The notes under the pieces were generated by a model, which worked only from the letters and a program-made list of their open reading frames with translations, had not been told where the DNA came from and ran no database searches. Source: Myxococcota bacterium (GTDB lineage: Bacteria > Myxococcota > SpSt-1050). Taken from it: 25,552 nucleotides of DNA. Position numbers and translations under genes: made by a program. This document shows, piece after piece, positions 1 to 9,157 of this stretch. Position 1 is the stretch's first letter; each line of letters starts with the position of its first letter. The DNA lies in contig JBMFOP010000044.1 in the NCBI GenBank assembly GCA_049969675.1, forward strand, positions 1 to 25,552, written 5' to 3'.

Positions 1-110
1 GGGCTAAACCCCAGACTGTGTTTTTTGTCAAATCTTCTCAGCAGGTTAACTCAACAGGTGGATTTTTTCATCTAAAAAATCGATTAGATTAGGTATTAGA
101 TAACAGATAC

Positions 111-771
111 ATCTGTCCAAAATAAATTTTAATGTGAGACTCAAAGATAAAAATTTTTAAGAGAAGGCTTTCTATAAATATGAATCGCATTAGTCTCCAA
201 CAAATTTTAAAAACATCTTTAATATGTTTTTTAAGGTGGGAGCAGAGAGGAGAGCAGATGGAAGAAAAAAGTTTAGTCGTTGAATGCAATTTGTAGCGAT
301 TTCTATAAACTATCTATCTACTCTATTAGAAAAACTACCAGCGGTGGGCGGTAAAATATTATAGTGAGGAGAGTGTTTAAGCCCATAGTGCTGCATTACT
401 GATAAAAATATCGCATTATAGAAGGTAAAAAATTTCTATGGGCGGAAAGGCAAAGGAATTGAACCGAATGAATAGATATTCAGAACATTACACTACCTGA
501 GGTTTCTAACTGTATCTACCATACAGGGAGTTATATGAATGGATAAATAAACACTATGAGACCTTACCCGTTGTGCCAGATGTAGCCATTGTAGGGGCTA
601 ATGATTATTAGCCCTTACTTAAGTTGGGCAGCATTTTAATTGATTATGAAAGAAATGAGGTAACCTGATTTTGAAAATATGGATTTATCCATCCAGAATC
701 CTTATTTTACAAATAGTTAACCTCTCAAGTTAACCTCTCAAAGCAGATTATCCTTAAGAGCGATGAATTAC
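111..771. mobile_element. Degenerate non-coding repeat, copy A of a probable MITE/IS remnant
   Basis: Colinear similarity to 9158-9617, e.g. atctgtccaaaataaattttaat vs atctgtccaaaacaaattttaat, and ttgtgccagatgtagccattgtag...ttagcccttacttaagttg vs ttgtgccagatgcagcaattgtag...ttagcccttacttaagttg; atccagaatccttattttac is shared exactly. Copy A has ~200 bp extra (~300-500) and a decayed right end. No credible ORF. Confidence 0.7.
591..618 (+). repeat. GTAG-type REP-like palindrome
   Basis: gtaggggctaat-gatt-attagcccttac forms a 12-bp stem with one G-T pair and begins with GTAG. A degenerate copy lies at 9445-9471. Confidence 0.65.
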
Positions 772-830
772 GATTTGATTTGATTTATTAGATGCTTTGT
801 TGTAATAAAGGCTCTTACGGAGGAGGCAAG

Positions 831-1211
831 ATGAAAAAGATTTCAATATTGACAATCCTTCTGACAATCGTAATAATATCATCAATCATAGCCTGTTCTG
901 AAGATGATATAGGAAAGGATTGCACCCTTCCTACCTATCCCACATCCTGCTCAAATAATATGGCGTTTAACGATATTGCATCAGATTGCCTGAATCACTG
1001 GTGTCTCTCATATCTTGGCTCTGCTGGATTCTGCTCAAAGACCTGTATCAGCAACTCAGACTGTCCATCTGGATTCAGATGTCTTAAGGGGTTTACCTCA
1101 CTTGACCCCGAACTGAAAGATACCTCCTTCTGTGTACCAAAACAGAATTTAGAATGTATCGCGGGTACTGTGGATGCAGGGACATCTACAACTACGGATG
1201 CTGGGGAATAA
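831..1211 (+). CDS. Cys-rich lipoprotein resembling myxobacterial CglC/GltK gliding lipoprotein
   Basis: Start moved to ATG 831 (GGAGGAGG RBS at 819-826). MKK plus a hydrophobic stretch and IIAC lipobox. Cys pattern IGKDC...DCLNHWC...GFCSKTC...CPSGFRC...FC recalls CglC from memory. C-terminal DAG motifs. Confidence 0.6.
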   Translation: MKKISILTILLTIVIISSIIACSEDDIGKDCTLPTYPTSCSNNMAFNDIASDCLNHWCLSYLGSAGFCSKTCISNSDCPSGFRCLKGFTSLDPELKDTSFCVPKQNLECIAGTVDAGTSTTTDAGE

Positions 1212-1223
1212 TCTTTTCCTCTG

Positions 1224-1706
1224 ATGAAAATAAAAGAATTTATAATGTTAGTAGCCTTTATGTCTTTTTATTCCTGCCATATAAGGGATTTTTCTGGTGA
1301 GAAAATCTCAACAATGGATAACAGAGATACATCACACTTTGTGCAATTCACAAAAGATGGGAAGACTATTGCAAGCTTCAAAGTGGAGCTTGCCATTACA
1401 GATGAGGAGCGGGGGCGGGGACTGATGTATAGAAAGAGTCTGAATGAGGACTCAGGGATGCTCTTTATATTCAGGGAGGATGGGAGCCACACCTTCTGGA
1501 TGAAGAATACCTATATCCCGCTTGATATGATATTTATAAATTCAGATATGGAGGTGGTAGGTGTATATCCAGATGCGGTCCCGCTCTCCGAGGAGCCCAT
1601 AAGTGTAAATAGACCTTCCAGATATGTCCTGGAGATAAACGCAGGTCTATCAGAGAGATATGGAATTGATAAATCTACAAAGGCAGTCTTTATAAATATC
1701 TTTTAG
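1224..1706 (+). CDS. DUF192 family protein, probable lipoprotein
   Basis: Family motifs VELA...ERGRGLMYR...GMLFIF...FWMKNTYIPLDMIFI...YVLEINAG; N-terminal hydrophobic segment ending in FYSC. Confidence 0.9.
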   Translation: MKIKEFIMLVAFMSFYSCHIRDFSGEKISTMDNRDTSHFVQFTKDGKTIASFKVELAITDEERGRGLMYRKSLNEDSGMLFIFREDGSHTFWMKNTYIPLDMIFINSDMEVVGVYPDAVPLSEEPISVNRPSRYVLEINAGLSERYGIDKSTKAVFINIF

Positions 1707-1716
1707 AAGATATTCC

Positions 1717-3138
1717 CTATTCTTTTGATGGATATTTCAGAAACGATAGAAAACCAAAAAATACCAGAAGTCCTGCAACAGGCCCTACCAACAGTATACC
1801 CATCGGCCTATCCGCAGTGGCACCGAACACAGTGAAGAGTTGGGTGGTAATCACCGGTACCAGGGCGGCTGCGGTCTTTGAGATAATCCCCTCCATTCCG
1901 TTATACATCGCCTCTCTTCTATATCCCGTCTTCCTCTCATCGTTGTCAACCACATCGGCAAATATTGCTCGCGGTAGCACAAATGCGGTTGATATTGGGA
2001 ATGCGATGATACCGAGTATTATTATCAGGTGTACCATCTGCGAGGCAAAGAGTGAATTATCAAATCTAATTCCAGTGACAGATAGAACAGATATTATCAT
2101 ATTCCCTAAAAATGGTGTTGAACCAATAAAGTAGAAGAGCGGCAGTCCTATTGCAAATCCGAGAAGCCCGAGGTTGTATATTATCTTCTTCCCATACTTT
2201 GTAGAGAGTCTGGAGACTAACGGGAAGAGGATTAAGGAGAATACTATAACCGCACCCTGCATTATACCAGCGAGGTCCTCCTTCTTCCCGAGGATCTTCA
2301 CCACCATATAAGGCATTGAGATAATTACAGAGTCAATTCCTATCCTGAAGAATGCCACGGATGCCACATAAGGGACAAAGAACTGATTTTTAAATGTATG
2401 CTTTATTGCCTCCAGAAAATTAAAGGGTACCTCTTTTGATTCACTATGTGGGGTCTCATTGATAAATCTTATTGAAAGCCAGAAACAGAGAAGCGTTATA
2501 ATTCCTACAATGATTGCCAGAGCCTTATATCCATCTGCAATTCTTATAAATCCGATGTTCAATCCATCCGACAATCCCTCAATTACCACCCCTGCTACAA
2601 TCGTTGCCACCAGCATCCCCGCCACCTCAAAGTACCCCATTATCTCCGAGAGCTTTATCCTCTCATCCTGATAAGGTGTAATCTCCGGGAGCAAAGATAG
2701 ATATGGACCTACAACACCTGCATAACTGAGCCAGAAAATACCAAGCATAAGGGCGAGCCATACCCCATTGACTATATGTGCAGTCGGATAGATAGGAAAC
2801 CACATCGCTATGAATGTAAATGCAAAGACAGGGGCAAGAAAGATTACAAAAGGTTTTCTCCTCCCCCACCGGGACCTTGTGCGGTCAGATATATATCCAT
2901 ATATGGGGTTGGATATCGCCTCCATCAGCCGCGCCCCACCGGCAATAAATCCAAATGCAGAGTAAGAGAGAAATGCCGTACCTTCCTTTATGATATTTCC
3001 GTCGGGTGTGCTCTCGGACTTTGTATAAAAGTACTGTAGCCAGCCTATTACAATCGCCGGACCGACGCCCTGTGCAAAGTTCCCGAGTGAATACATAATC
3101 TTTTGAAAGAGTGATAGGGCATTACCGGAGGTTGGCAT
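1717..3138 (-). CDS. MFS transporter, glycoside-pentoside-hexuronide (MelB-like) family
   Basis: Many hydrophobic TM segments; GYISDRTRSRWGRRKPF loop, PYLSLLPEIT, and ADVVDNDERKTGYRREAMYNG motifs. Confidence 0.9.
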   Translation of the reverse strand: MPTSGNALSLFQKIMYSLGNFAQGVGPAIVIGWLQYFYTKSESTPDGNIIKEGTAFLSYSAFGFIAGGARLMEAISNPIYGYISDRTRSRWGRRKPFVIFLAPVFAFTFIAMWFPIYPTAHIVNGVWLALMLGIFWLSYAGVVGPYLSLLPEITPYQDERIKLSEIMGYFEVAGMLVATIVAGVVIEGLSDGLNIGFIRIADGYKALAIIVGIITLLCFWLSIRFINETPHSESKEVPFNFLEAIKHTFKNQFFVPYVASVAFFRIGIDSVIISMPYMVVKILGKKEDLAGIMQGAVIVFSLILFPLVSRLSTKYGKKIIYNLGLLGFAIGLPLFYFIGSTPFLGNMIISVLSVTGIRFDNSLFASQMVHLIIILGIIAFPISTAFVLPRAIFADVVDNDERKTGYRREAMYNGMEGIISKTAAALVPVITTQLFTVFGATADRPMGILLVGPVAGLLVFFGFLSFLKYPSKE

Positions 3139-3162
3139 ACATACCTTTCTGTTCTTTTCTGA

Positions 3163-5175
3163 TTACTTCTTTAACTCCCGCCTCTTCATATCTAAAAGTT
3201 TAAGCTCTCTTAAAGCATCTGTGCAGTCTGGATTACATTGAATTGCCTTCTCAAACTGCCTCTCCGCAAGGTCATCACGATTTATCCCTTTGTAGATATA
3301 GCCCATAAAGAGATAAGCCTTATCCAGCTTTGGATTCTTTGTAATCGCCGTGGCTATGGCATCCCTTGCCTTCTTGAGGACCTCCTGATTCTCGGGCTCT
3401 GACTGAAAGAGCGCCCAACCGTAATGGGCGAAGTACTCTGCCTCCTCTGGATAGAGGTCTATAGCCTCCTTAAAACTCTCAGCCGCTTTTATAAAGAGTC
3501 TCTTCTTTAGGTACTCCTCACCGGCCTGAAACTTCCCTTCTGCGGCAAGCAATCTCGTTACATCATCTGCTGCCTCAGCTTTGCTAACCTGTGTTATCCT
3601 GTTGATATATTCGCCTCTCCTCTGCTCATCAACGAGTGTATTGTGTGCCTCTGTAAGAATCTTAAAGAGCTCTTCAGCCATCTTCCTGACCTCTCTGCCG
3701 GCTGAATTTGGAATCCTGTCGGGGTGAAATTCCTTTGCAAGAGTTATATATGCCCTCTTGATTTCACCTATTGTTGACATCTGATTGACGCCCAGAAGGT
3801 CAAAATAATTTCCGCTGCGAGCCACGGTGAGCTTCTTTATAATCTTATTCTTTATCTCCCTATCCTCAAGCGGAAGAACTGTCTCCTGTTGTACCTTTGG
3901 TTGCTCGGGTTGTTTAATTGGAAGTGGAGGTGGGGCAACCGGGAGCGGAGGTGGTGCCTCCTGCCCTGCTGGATATTGAGATATAACCACCATACCGGTA
4001 ATTTTTAGTGCAAAGATGAATCTTAGCATCCTCTCCCTTGATATCTGCGAAGACATCAGTATATCCCTCAATGTCCTGCTCCCGTCAATGGATTTCAATA
4101 TACTCTCCTCATCTTCATCCATCAACATCTCCTGAAATCTCAATGACGGATTGGGGTTGGGATGAACATATTGGTTCTGATATTTTTCAAGATACTGCTC
4201 AATCTTTCCAACATCATAATTCCTTTTGATGCCTTCATAAATTAGCGATGCAACAGAGAGCTCAAGTGTGGTAATTGGTGTCTCAAAGTCCTCCTTGTAG
4301 TTGAATTGATAATCTCCCTCGGGCCAACCAAATATGTCGTAGAGTTTTATCTCAAGTTGTTTCTCAAGCCCATATTTGAGATTGTGTGGAGATATGGCTC
4401 CCATCTCAATAAGAATTGTCCCCTGCTGTCTGCCCGAATCCTTCATAAGTTTTACTGATTCATTGAGTTCCTCTTCTGTAATCATCTTCTCTCTGACAAG
4501 TACCCTCCCAAGGCACTCATTTAATAGATTGGACTTTACAAATATTGGTCTTCCATCCCTGATATAGACAATCTTTTTTATCTTCTCATACTTGAGGAGG
4601 AGGACACCACTCGCCTTTTTCTGATAAAATGCCGCAAGTAGTTCCGGGAAGGGAGTATCTCTGAGATTCCCCCGTGTACTTATCTCAAATGTCATCTCCT
4701 CTTCCTGTCTCTCCACCTCATCTCTCTCAGAGATACCCATTGAATCTGCAATGGTCTCTCCTCTTACTTCCTGCTTTGGCGGAGGGGCAAGACCCGGATA
4801 TTCAGAACCGAAAGTCTTTTTAAGGATGTTGAATATCTGCTCCAATTTTACCGGCTTGTCCAGATAGTCCAGTACACGATACTTCTTAATTGCTTCATTT
4901 CGATGACTCACAGCCCTGTATACACCACTTATCATCAGGATAGGGATGTTCTCTCCCTTTGGGCTCTTCCTTATCCTCTCTGCGAGCTGAAATCCATTCA
5001 TAACAGGGATGAGGACATCAAGGATTATAAAATCTACATTCTTGGATTCAAAGGTCTTGAGCGCCCAGTTCCCATCCTTTTCAACCAGAACTGAGAAACC
5101 TTCACCTTCCAGTGCATCCGATAAAAGCTTCTGCACACTCTTATCGTCTTCAACAATCAAAATCGTCTTACTCAT
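3163..5175 (-). CDS. Response regulator receiver + DUF4388-like + DnaJ J-domain + TPR protein
   Basis: REC (ILIVEDD...ILDVLIP...YLDKP); GNL...FPELL...SGVL...LYDIFGWPEGDYQF domain; Pro-rich linker; J-domain NYFDLLGV...LAKEFHPD with intact HPD; C-terminal TPRs. Confidence 0.85.
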   Translation of the reverse strand: MSKTILIVEDDKSVQKLLSDALEGEGFSVLVEKDGNWALKTFESKNVDFIILDVLIPVMNGFQLAERIRKSPKGENIPILMISGVYRAVSHRNEAIKKYRVLDYLDKPVKLEQIFNILKKTFGSEYPGLAPPPKQEVRGETIADSMGISERDEVERQEEEMTFEISTRGNLRDTPFPELLAAFYQKKASGVLLLKYEKIKKIVYIRDGRPIFVKSNLLNECLGRVLVREKMITEEELNESVKLMKDSGRQQGTILIEMGAISPHNLKYGLEKQLEIKLYDIFGWPEGDYQFNYKEDFETPITTLELSVASLIYEGIKRNYDVGKIEQYLEKYQNQYVHPNPNPSLRFQEMLMDEDEESILKSIDGSRTLRDILMSSQISRERMLRFIFALKITGMVVISQYPAGQEAPPPLPVAPPPLPIKQPEQPKVQQETVLPLEDREIKNKIIKKLTVARSGNYFDLLGVNQMSTIGEIKRAYITLAKEFHPDRIPNSAGREVRKMAEELFKILTEAHNTLVDEQRRGEYINRITQVSKAEAADDVTRLLAAEGKFQAGEEYLKKRLFIKAAESFKEAIDLYPEEAEYFAHYGWALFQSEPENQEVLKKARDAIATAITKNPKLDKAYLFMGYIYKGINRDDLAERQFEKAIQCNPDCTDALRELKLLDMKRRELKK

Positions 5176-5178
5176 AAA

Positions 5179-6618
5179 TTACTCTCCTGCCTGAAATTTA
5201 CAGGTTGCTGTAATGGTCTGACTCTCCATTGTATCTATATTGTAATTAAGGTTATCCGCCTTAGGGGCTGGTGTATATCTCGCCTTTGCGGTAATGGTCA
5301 CATCTATCTCCTGTGTTGGGTCACGTTCTGTAAGTTTATCCTTGAGCTTGAATGTCCACTTTCTATTTTTGTCAAATGAATTTGGCTCTATCACATCATC
5401 ACCATATAGACCTTTTCTTATACTCATACCCGGATATGTCTGAGTAAATACCTTTACATCCCCTCCATTCTCTATACAGGTAGAACAGAGATTGTCAACC
5501 TCAATTGAAATATAATCGTAGTTGCTGTCAAATGCTATCGGATTCAGGTTCTTATCTACGAGTGTAAGGGTAAAAGATTGAGAGGCGCCAGCAGGGAGTA
5601 CCTTCCCTGTTGGAAGAATGTTTGAAAACTCAGCACCCATATATGGGGCGCCAGACCAGAGAATCTTAAAGCACTTCCATATATCGGTCTCTCTGTCGTA
5701 TCTGCCATTTGGACCATCAAACTTTCCATTTGAATTTGTATCAATATAGAGTTCACCATTATCAAATTCACCATTGTCATTTGCATCCACAAACGGCTCA
5801 GAGATATCATCAAACGGTTCTCCTGAATCCCATTTCCCGTTATTGTTTAAGTCATCAAATCCCTCTTCGCCCTTTATCACTGCACAGATAGTCGCCAGTC
5901 CATCTCTCGGATTATTTATCACACCCGAGACCTCAGGGTTATTTACAGATGGCTCACCAGGGAGTGGATCCACATCCACAGGTGGATCCCCCGACGCTGT
6001 ATAGATGTAATATTCGGGATCGGTATTGTTGTCCGGCGTAATTATCTTGACAGAACCGGCCTCAGTAATGAAAGTGGGTCTTGGTCTTAGAATCGGTGTC
6101 CCCTTTGCATTCCTGACCTCCAGATCGCATCTCACCTGAATAGGTGTTGTAATACCTGCGGTATCAAGTGCACCAATATTTCTGGCAGAACAGGTAAATG
6201 TCATATTGCGATGATTTGCACCTGCGGACTCAACGAATTTAACGGTAACAGATGCTACCAGATTCTTTCCACTCGGAGTTGTAAAACTCGCCGTAACAGT
6301 TACCTCTCCAGCGGTGGTTGAGCTATAAAGGTCTATTGTTGCATAGCCGCCAATAGTAGATGCCTGTGCCTCCTTCTTAACTGTATCAGGGTCAAAACTA
6401 CCATCCGTGGTCAAAAAGTTTATATTTGTTCCATCAGGTGCAGTGCTGTCATCATATTCCAGATAGGCTGTAATCTTCAATGATGAGATTCCATCAGCCG
6501 GTATCTCTTTAGGATTTGCTGTAATAGAGAGACTGCTTGAGCTTGAACAATCGCAGTGAGATAAAATAATACCAGTAAAAATAAGGACAGATAAAAAATA
6601 ATACCTTCTAATAGTCAT
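5179..6618 (-). CDS. Lipoprotein with invasin/Big-1-like Ig domain and Dx(D/N)xNG Ca-binding-like repeats
   Basis: Start likely ATG 6618 (GGAGG upstream). Signal peptide ending LSHCDC. Big-1-like segment ANPKEIPADG...APDGTNINFLTTDGSF...GYATIDL; repeats DLNNNGKWDSGE, DANDNGEFDNGE, DTNSNGKFD. Confidence 0.75.
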   Translation of the reverse strand: MTIRRYYFLSVLIFTGIILSHCDCSSSSSLSITANPKEIPADGISSLKITAYLEYDDSTAPDGTNINFLTTDGSFDPDTVKKEAQASTIGGYATIDLYSSTTAGEVTVTASFTTPSGKNLVASVTVKFVESAGANHRNMTFTCSARNIGALDTAGITTPIQVRCDLEVRNAKGTPILRPRPTFITEAGSVKIITPDNNTDPEYYIYTASGDPPVDVDPLPGEPSVNNPEVSGVINNPRDGLATICAVIKGEEGFDDLNNNGKWDSGEPFDDISEPFVDANDNGEFDNGELYIDTNSNGKFDGPNGRYDRETDIWKCFKILWSGAPYMGAEFSNILPTGKVLPAGASQSFTLTLVDKNLNPIAFDSNYDYISIEVDNLCSTCIENGGDVKVFTQTYPGMSIRKGLYGDDVIEPNSFDKNRKWTFKLKDKLTERDPTQEIDVTITAKARYTPAPKADNLNYNIDTMESQTITATCKFQAGE

Positions 6619-6826
6619 CTTTCCTCCCAACAATTATTGATTATATTATAATCACTTACCAAATAATTCAACATAAATTTATTAACATCTTTTGTAATTT
6701 TGGATGTTGAAGAAATGTTTTTGAATAAATCTATCCCAGACCATCTTTAAAAGAATTTTTTAAAGAATTTGGTCTTATTTTATCAATAATTAAATTGCTA
6801 ATTCAAGATTAATCCGGACATTTGGG

Positions 6827-9082
6827 TCATCTTGTAAAATCTATCTGCACTACTGCATTCTCACAGGTTGGTGTCACATTACTATCTCTATAAATTCTAA
6901 AGTAGACTGGCATTGTATTGTTCTTACAGATATTCTTGTTCTCTACATTACCTGATTCATAGCAGGGTTTCTCGCCAAGCGGTTTCCCGTCAGGGCCGCT
7001 GCCCCCTCTAAAATCAGTATAGAAGCTATACTCCTGTGAATCACAATTCAGAAAAGTATTCCATTTAGGAGATGTACTACAATCTATCTCAAAAACATCA
7101 AGAAGATATTGCCTCTGTGGATTTGAAATTATCTTAATACTTATTCGGAAGTTGTCCCCATAAGTTATATCTTCATTGACATCATCAACAAAGGTTGCTT
7201 TATACCATGCCGACTTTCCAACAGGGAGCAGATTGGTCTGAATAGAGTACGATTGAGTCTTGTTAGAAAAGGATCCGAGGTCGGTTGCAGATAAACAACT
7301 ATCCCCACCTTGAATAGAAGAATATGCCTGACATTCACACCCATCTGCTACAACACCGTTTATATCATACCAATTACTCGCACAGGAAGAGATTTTGCAT
7401 CCATTACTACCATCACACTGAAAAGTCGTATGAATATCTGTAGGACACAGGATTTTGATGTCTGCATTATCCGTCTGTCCATCGCAATCATTATCCTTAC
7501 CATCACACCTCTCCTGCCCATCGGGTGTACAATGATACTCACAGCCATCAGAAGGGTCTTTATTGATATCATAATAACCCTGTTGACAGGAAACAACCTT
7601 ACAGACCATATCGGAGCACATCCCTATCGCATTAGGAGGCTGACAGGGACTGTTACATTTTCCACAATGCTGGCTGTTGTTCTTCACATCAGTCTCACAT
7701 CCATCCTCCCAGTTGTCATTGCAGTTTCCATAACCATAATTGCAGACATATTCGCAATGCCCCTGGACACAATTTGCCTCACTGGTATTGAAGGCGGGTG
7801 GACACATTGTATTTGCATTTAACTCATCTGTCTTGCCATTACAGTCGTTGTCAACTCCATCACATATCTCAATACCATTATTTGATTTGACACACTCCGC
7901 CTCACAGCCGTCATCATATAGGCCGTTATTGTCCCAGTAATTTGGTTCACACTCAGCTATTACACAGACCTTATCTCCATTCTTCTCTATGCAGGCAGTA
8001 GATGCTACATGTTTTTTTGCCTTATCCTTTAATGGACAGACATCATCCGGCAATCCATTGTCAATCTCACCATCGCAATCGTTGTCCTCCCCGTCACAGA
8101 TATCCACCCCTTTAAGTTTGGGTGCACAGTGGTACTCACATCCATCCTCTGGCTTTCCATTGATATCATAATAATCCGGCTCGCAGGTTGCACCCTCTCC
8201 CTTAAGAATCACCACGAGTTTTGGGCTGTCAATATCTGTATTTTCAATTATTACATTCGCCTGCTTTACCCCAGCCTTCTTTGGTTTGAACTGAACCTTT
8301 ATTTCAATGAATGCACCTTTCTCCTTTATTGGCGCCGGGAATGTTGGAAGTTCACTCAGTTCAAATTCTGCAATTTCAGGACCACCTGCATCTTCCACCA
8401 ACCCTTTATCGCCACCTGCATCTGTCCCCAATCCTTCATCAATATAGATATTTGTAATCTTAAGGTCCCCACCCGTAGAATTTGAAATTGTAATAGATTT
8501 CAGTTCGGATTTATTACCCGGATAAAGTTTTCCAAAGTCTATAGTATCTGGTGTAGCAACGATGGTTGGGTCAATCCCTCTCCCATAAAGAAGGATATTT
8601 TTAACCTTTGTGGATTTCCCTCCTGTAACAAGAAATATATTTACCTGATTCTGGGGAAGTGAGCCTACCTTCTTTGGGGAGTAAAAAACCTTCACTTTCT
8701 GGGTCTCATTGTAGTTAATAGATATGGTCTTTTTTTCAAGTGAGAGCTCATCACTCTTATTTGCAAAGTCAAGTGCAATATTAATCTTTGCCTTTGATAG
8801 GCTCTTATTTGTAATTGATATCTCCTGTCCACTCTTATCTCTGACCTGCACATCCCCAAAATTGATCTCCTCGGGGGTAACTGTTATACCGGCAATCTGC
8901 TCTGTCTCACCTTTCATACAGACCATCTTTCCCGTAGAATCTGCCTCACAGTGATAACCTCTGGGGCAGTCATCATTTGTGACACAGGGGAGGTCAGCAT
9001 AAAAATCTTGAGAACAGGTTGAAAGGGTTAATGCCAGACTCAAAATAAATAAGACAGATAAAAATTTCATTCCTCTCATCAT
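6827..9082 (-). CDS. Large Cys-rich surface lipoprotein with two choice-of-anchor D/ASH-type Ig domains and MopE-like metal-binding repeats
   Basis: Lipobox LSTC. Two PxxI(N/D)FG...I(T/S)N Ig-like domains. Repeats ICDGEDNDCDGEID, EICDGVDNDCNGKTDE, ERCDGKDNDCDGQTD and several D(I/N)NG...DGCE units. Start placed at ATG 9082 from the promoter position; 9079 or 9070 are also possible. Confidence 0.8.
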   Translation of the reverse strand: MMRGMKFLSVLFILSLALTLSTCSQDFYADLPCVTNDDCPRGYHCEADSTGKMVCMKGETEQIAGITVTPEEINFGDVQVRDKSGQEISITNKSLSKAKINIALDFANKSDELSLEKKTISINYNETQKVKVFYSPKKVGSLPQNQVNIFLVTGGKSTKVKNILLYGRGIDPTIVATPDTIDFGKLYPGNKSELKSITISNSTGGDLKITNIYIDEGLGTDAGGDKGLVEDAGGPEIAEFELSELPTFPAPIKEKGAFIEIKVQFKPKKAGVKQANVIIENTDIDSPKLVVILKGEGATCEPDYYDINGKPEDGCEYHCAPKLKGVDICDGEDNDCDGEIDNGLPDDVCPLKDKAKKHVASTACIEKNGDKVCVIAECEPNYWDNNGLYDDGCEAECVKSNNGIEICDGVDNDCNGKTDELNANTMCPPAFNTSEANCVQGHCEYVCNYGYGNCNDNWEDGCETDVKNNSQHCGKCNSPCQPPNAIGMCSDMVCKVVSCQQGYYDINKDPSDGCEYHCTPDGQERCDGKDNDCDGQTDNADIKILCPTDIHTTFQCDGSNGCKISSCASNWYDINGVVADGCECQAYSSIQGGDSCLSATDLGSFSNKTQSYSIQTNLLPVGKSAWYKATFVDDVNEDITYGDNFRISIKIISNPQRQYLLDVFEIDCSTSPKWNTFLNCDSQEYSFYTDFRGGSGPDGKPLGEKPCYESGNVENKNICKNNTMPVYFRIYRDSNVTPTCENAVVQIDFTR

Positions 9083-9088
9083 AAATAA

Positions 9089-9117
9089 ATTATATTTCAG
9101 CAAATTTACAATTGCAA
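9089..9117 (-). promoter_or_regulatory. Sigma70-type promoter, probably giving a leaderless mRNA
   Basis: TTGCAA (9117-9112), 17 bp, TATAAT (9094-9089), 6 nt, then ATG 9082; no SD sequence. Confidence 0.6.
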
Positions 9118-9157
9118 CAGAAAACAGAATGTATCCGCAAAATGTAAATCACCCCAA

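Noticed and set aside
89..289. Short ORFs 89-289 (-), 9646-9858 (+) and 13792-14037 (+)
   Set aside because: No RBS or recognisable motifs; the first lies inside the non-coding repeat and is not preserved in the second copy.
6812..6826. ggacatttg motif shared with ~24996-25004 and loosely with the MITE end
   Set aside because: The match is ~9 bp and does not extend; indistinguishable from chance.
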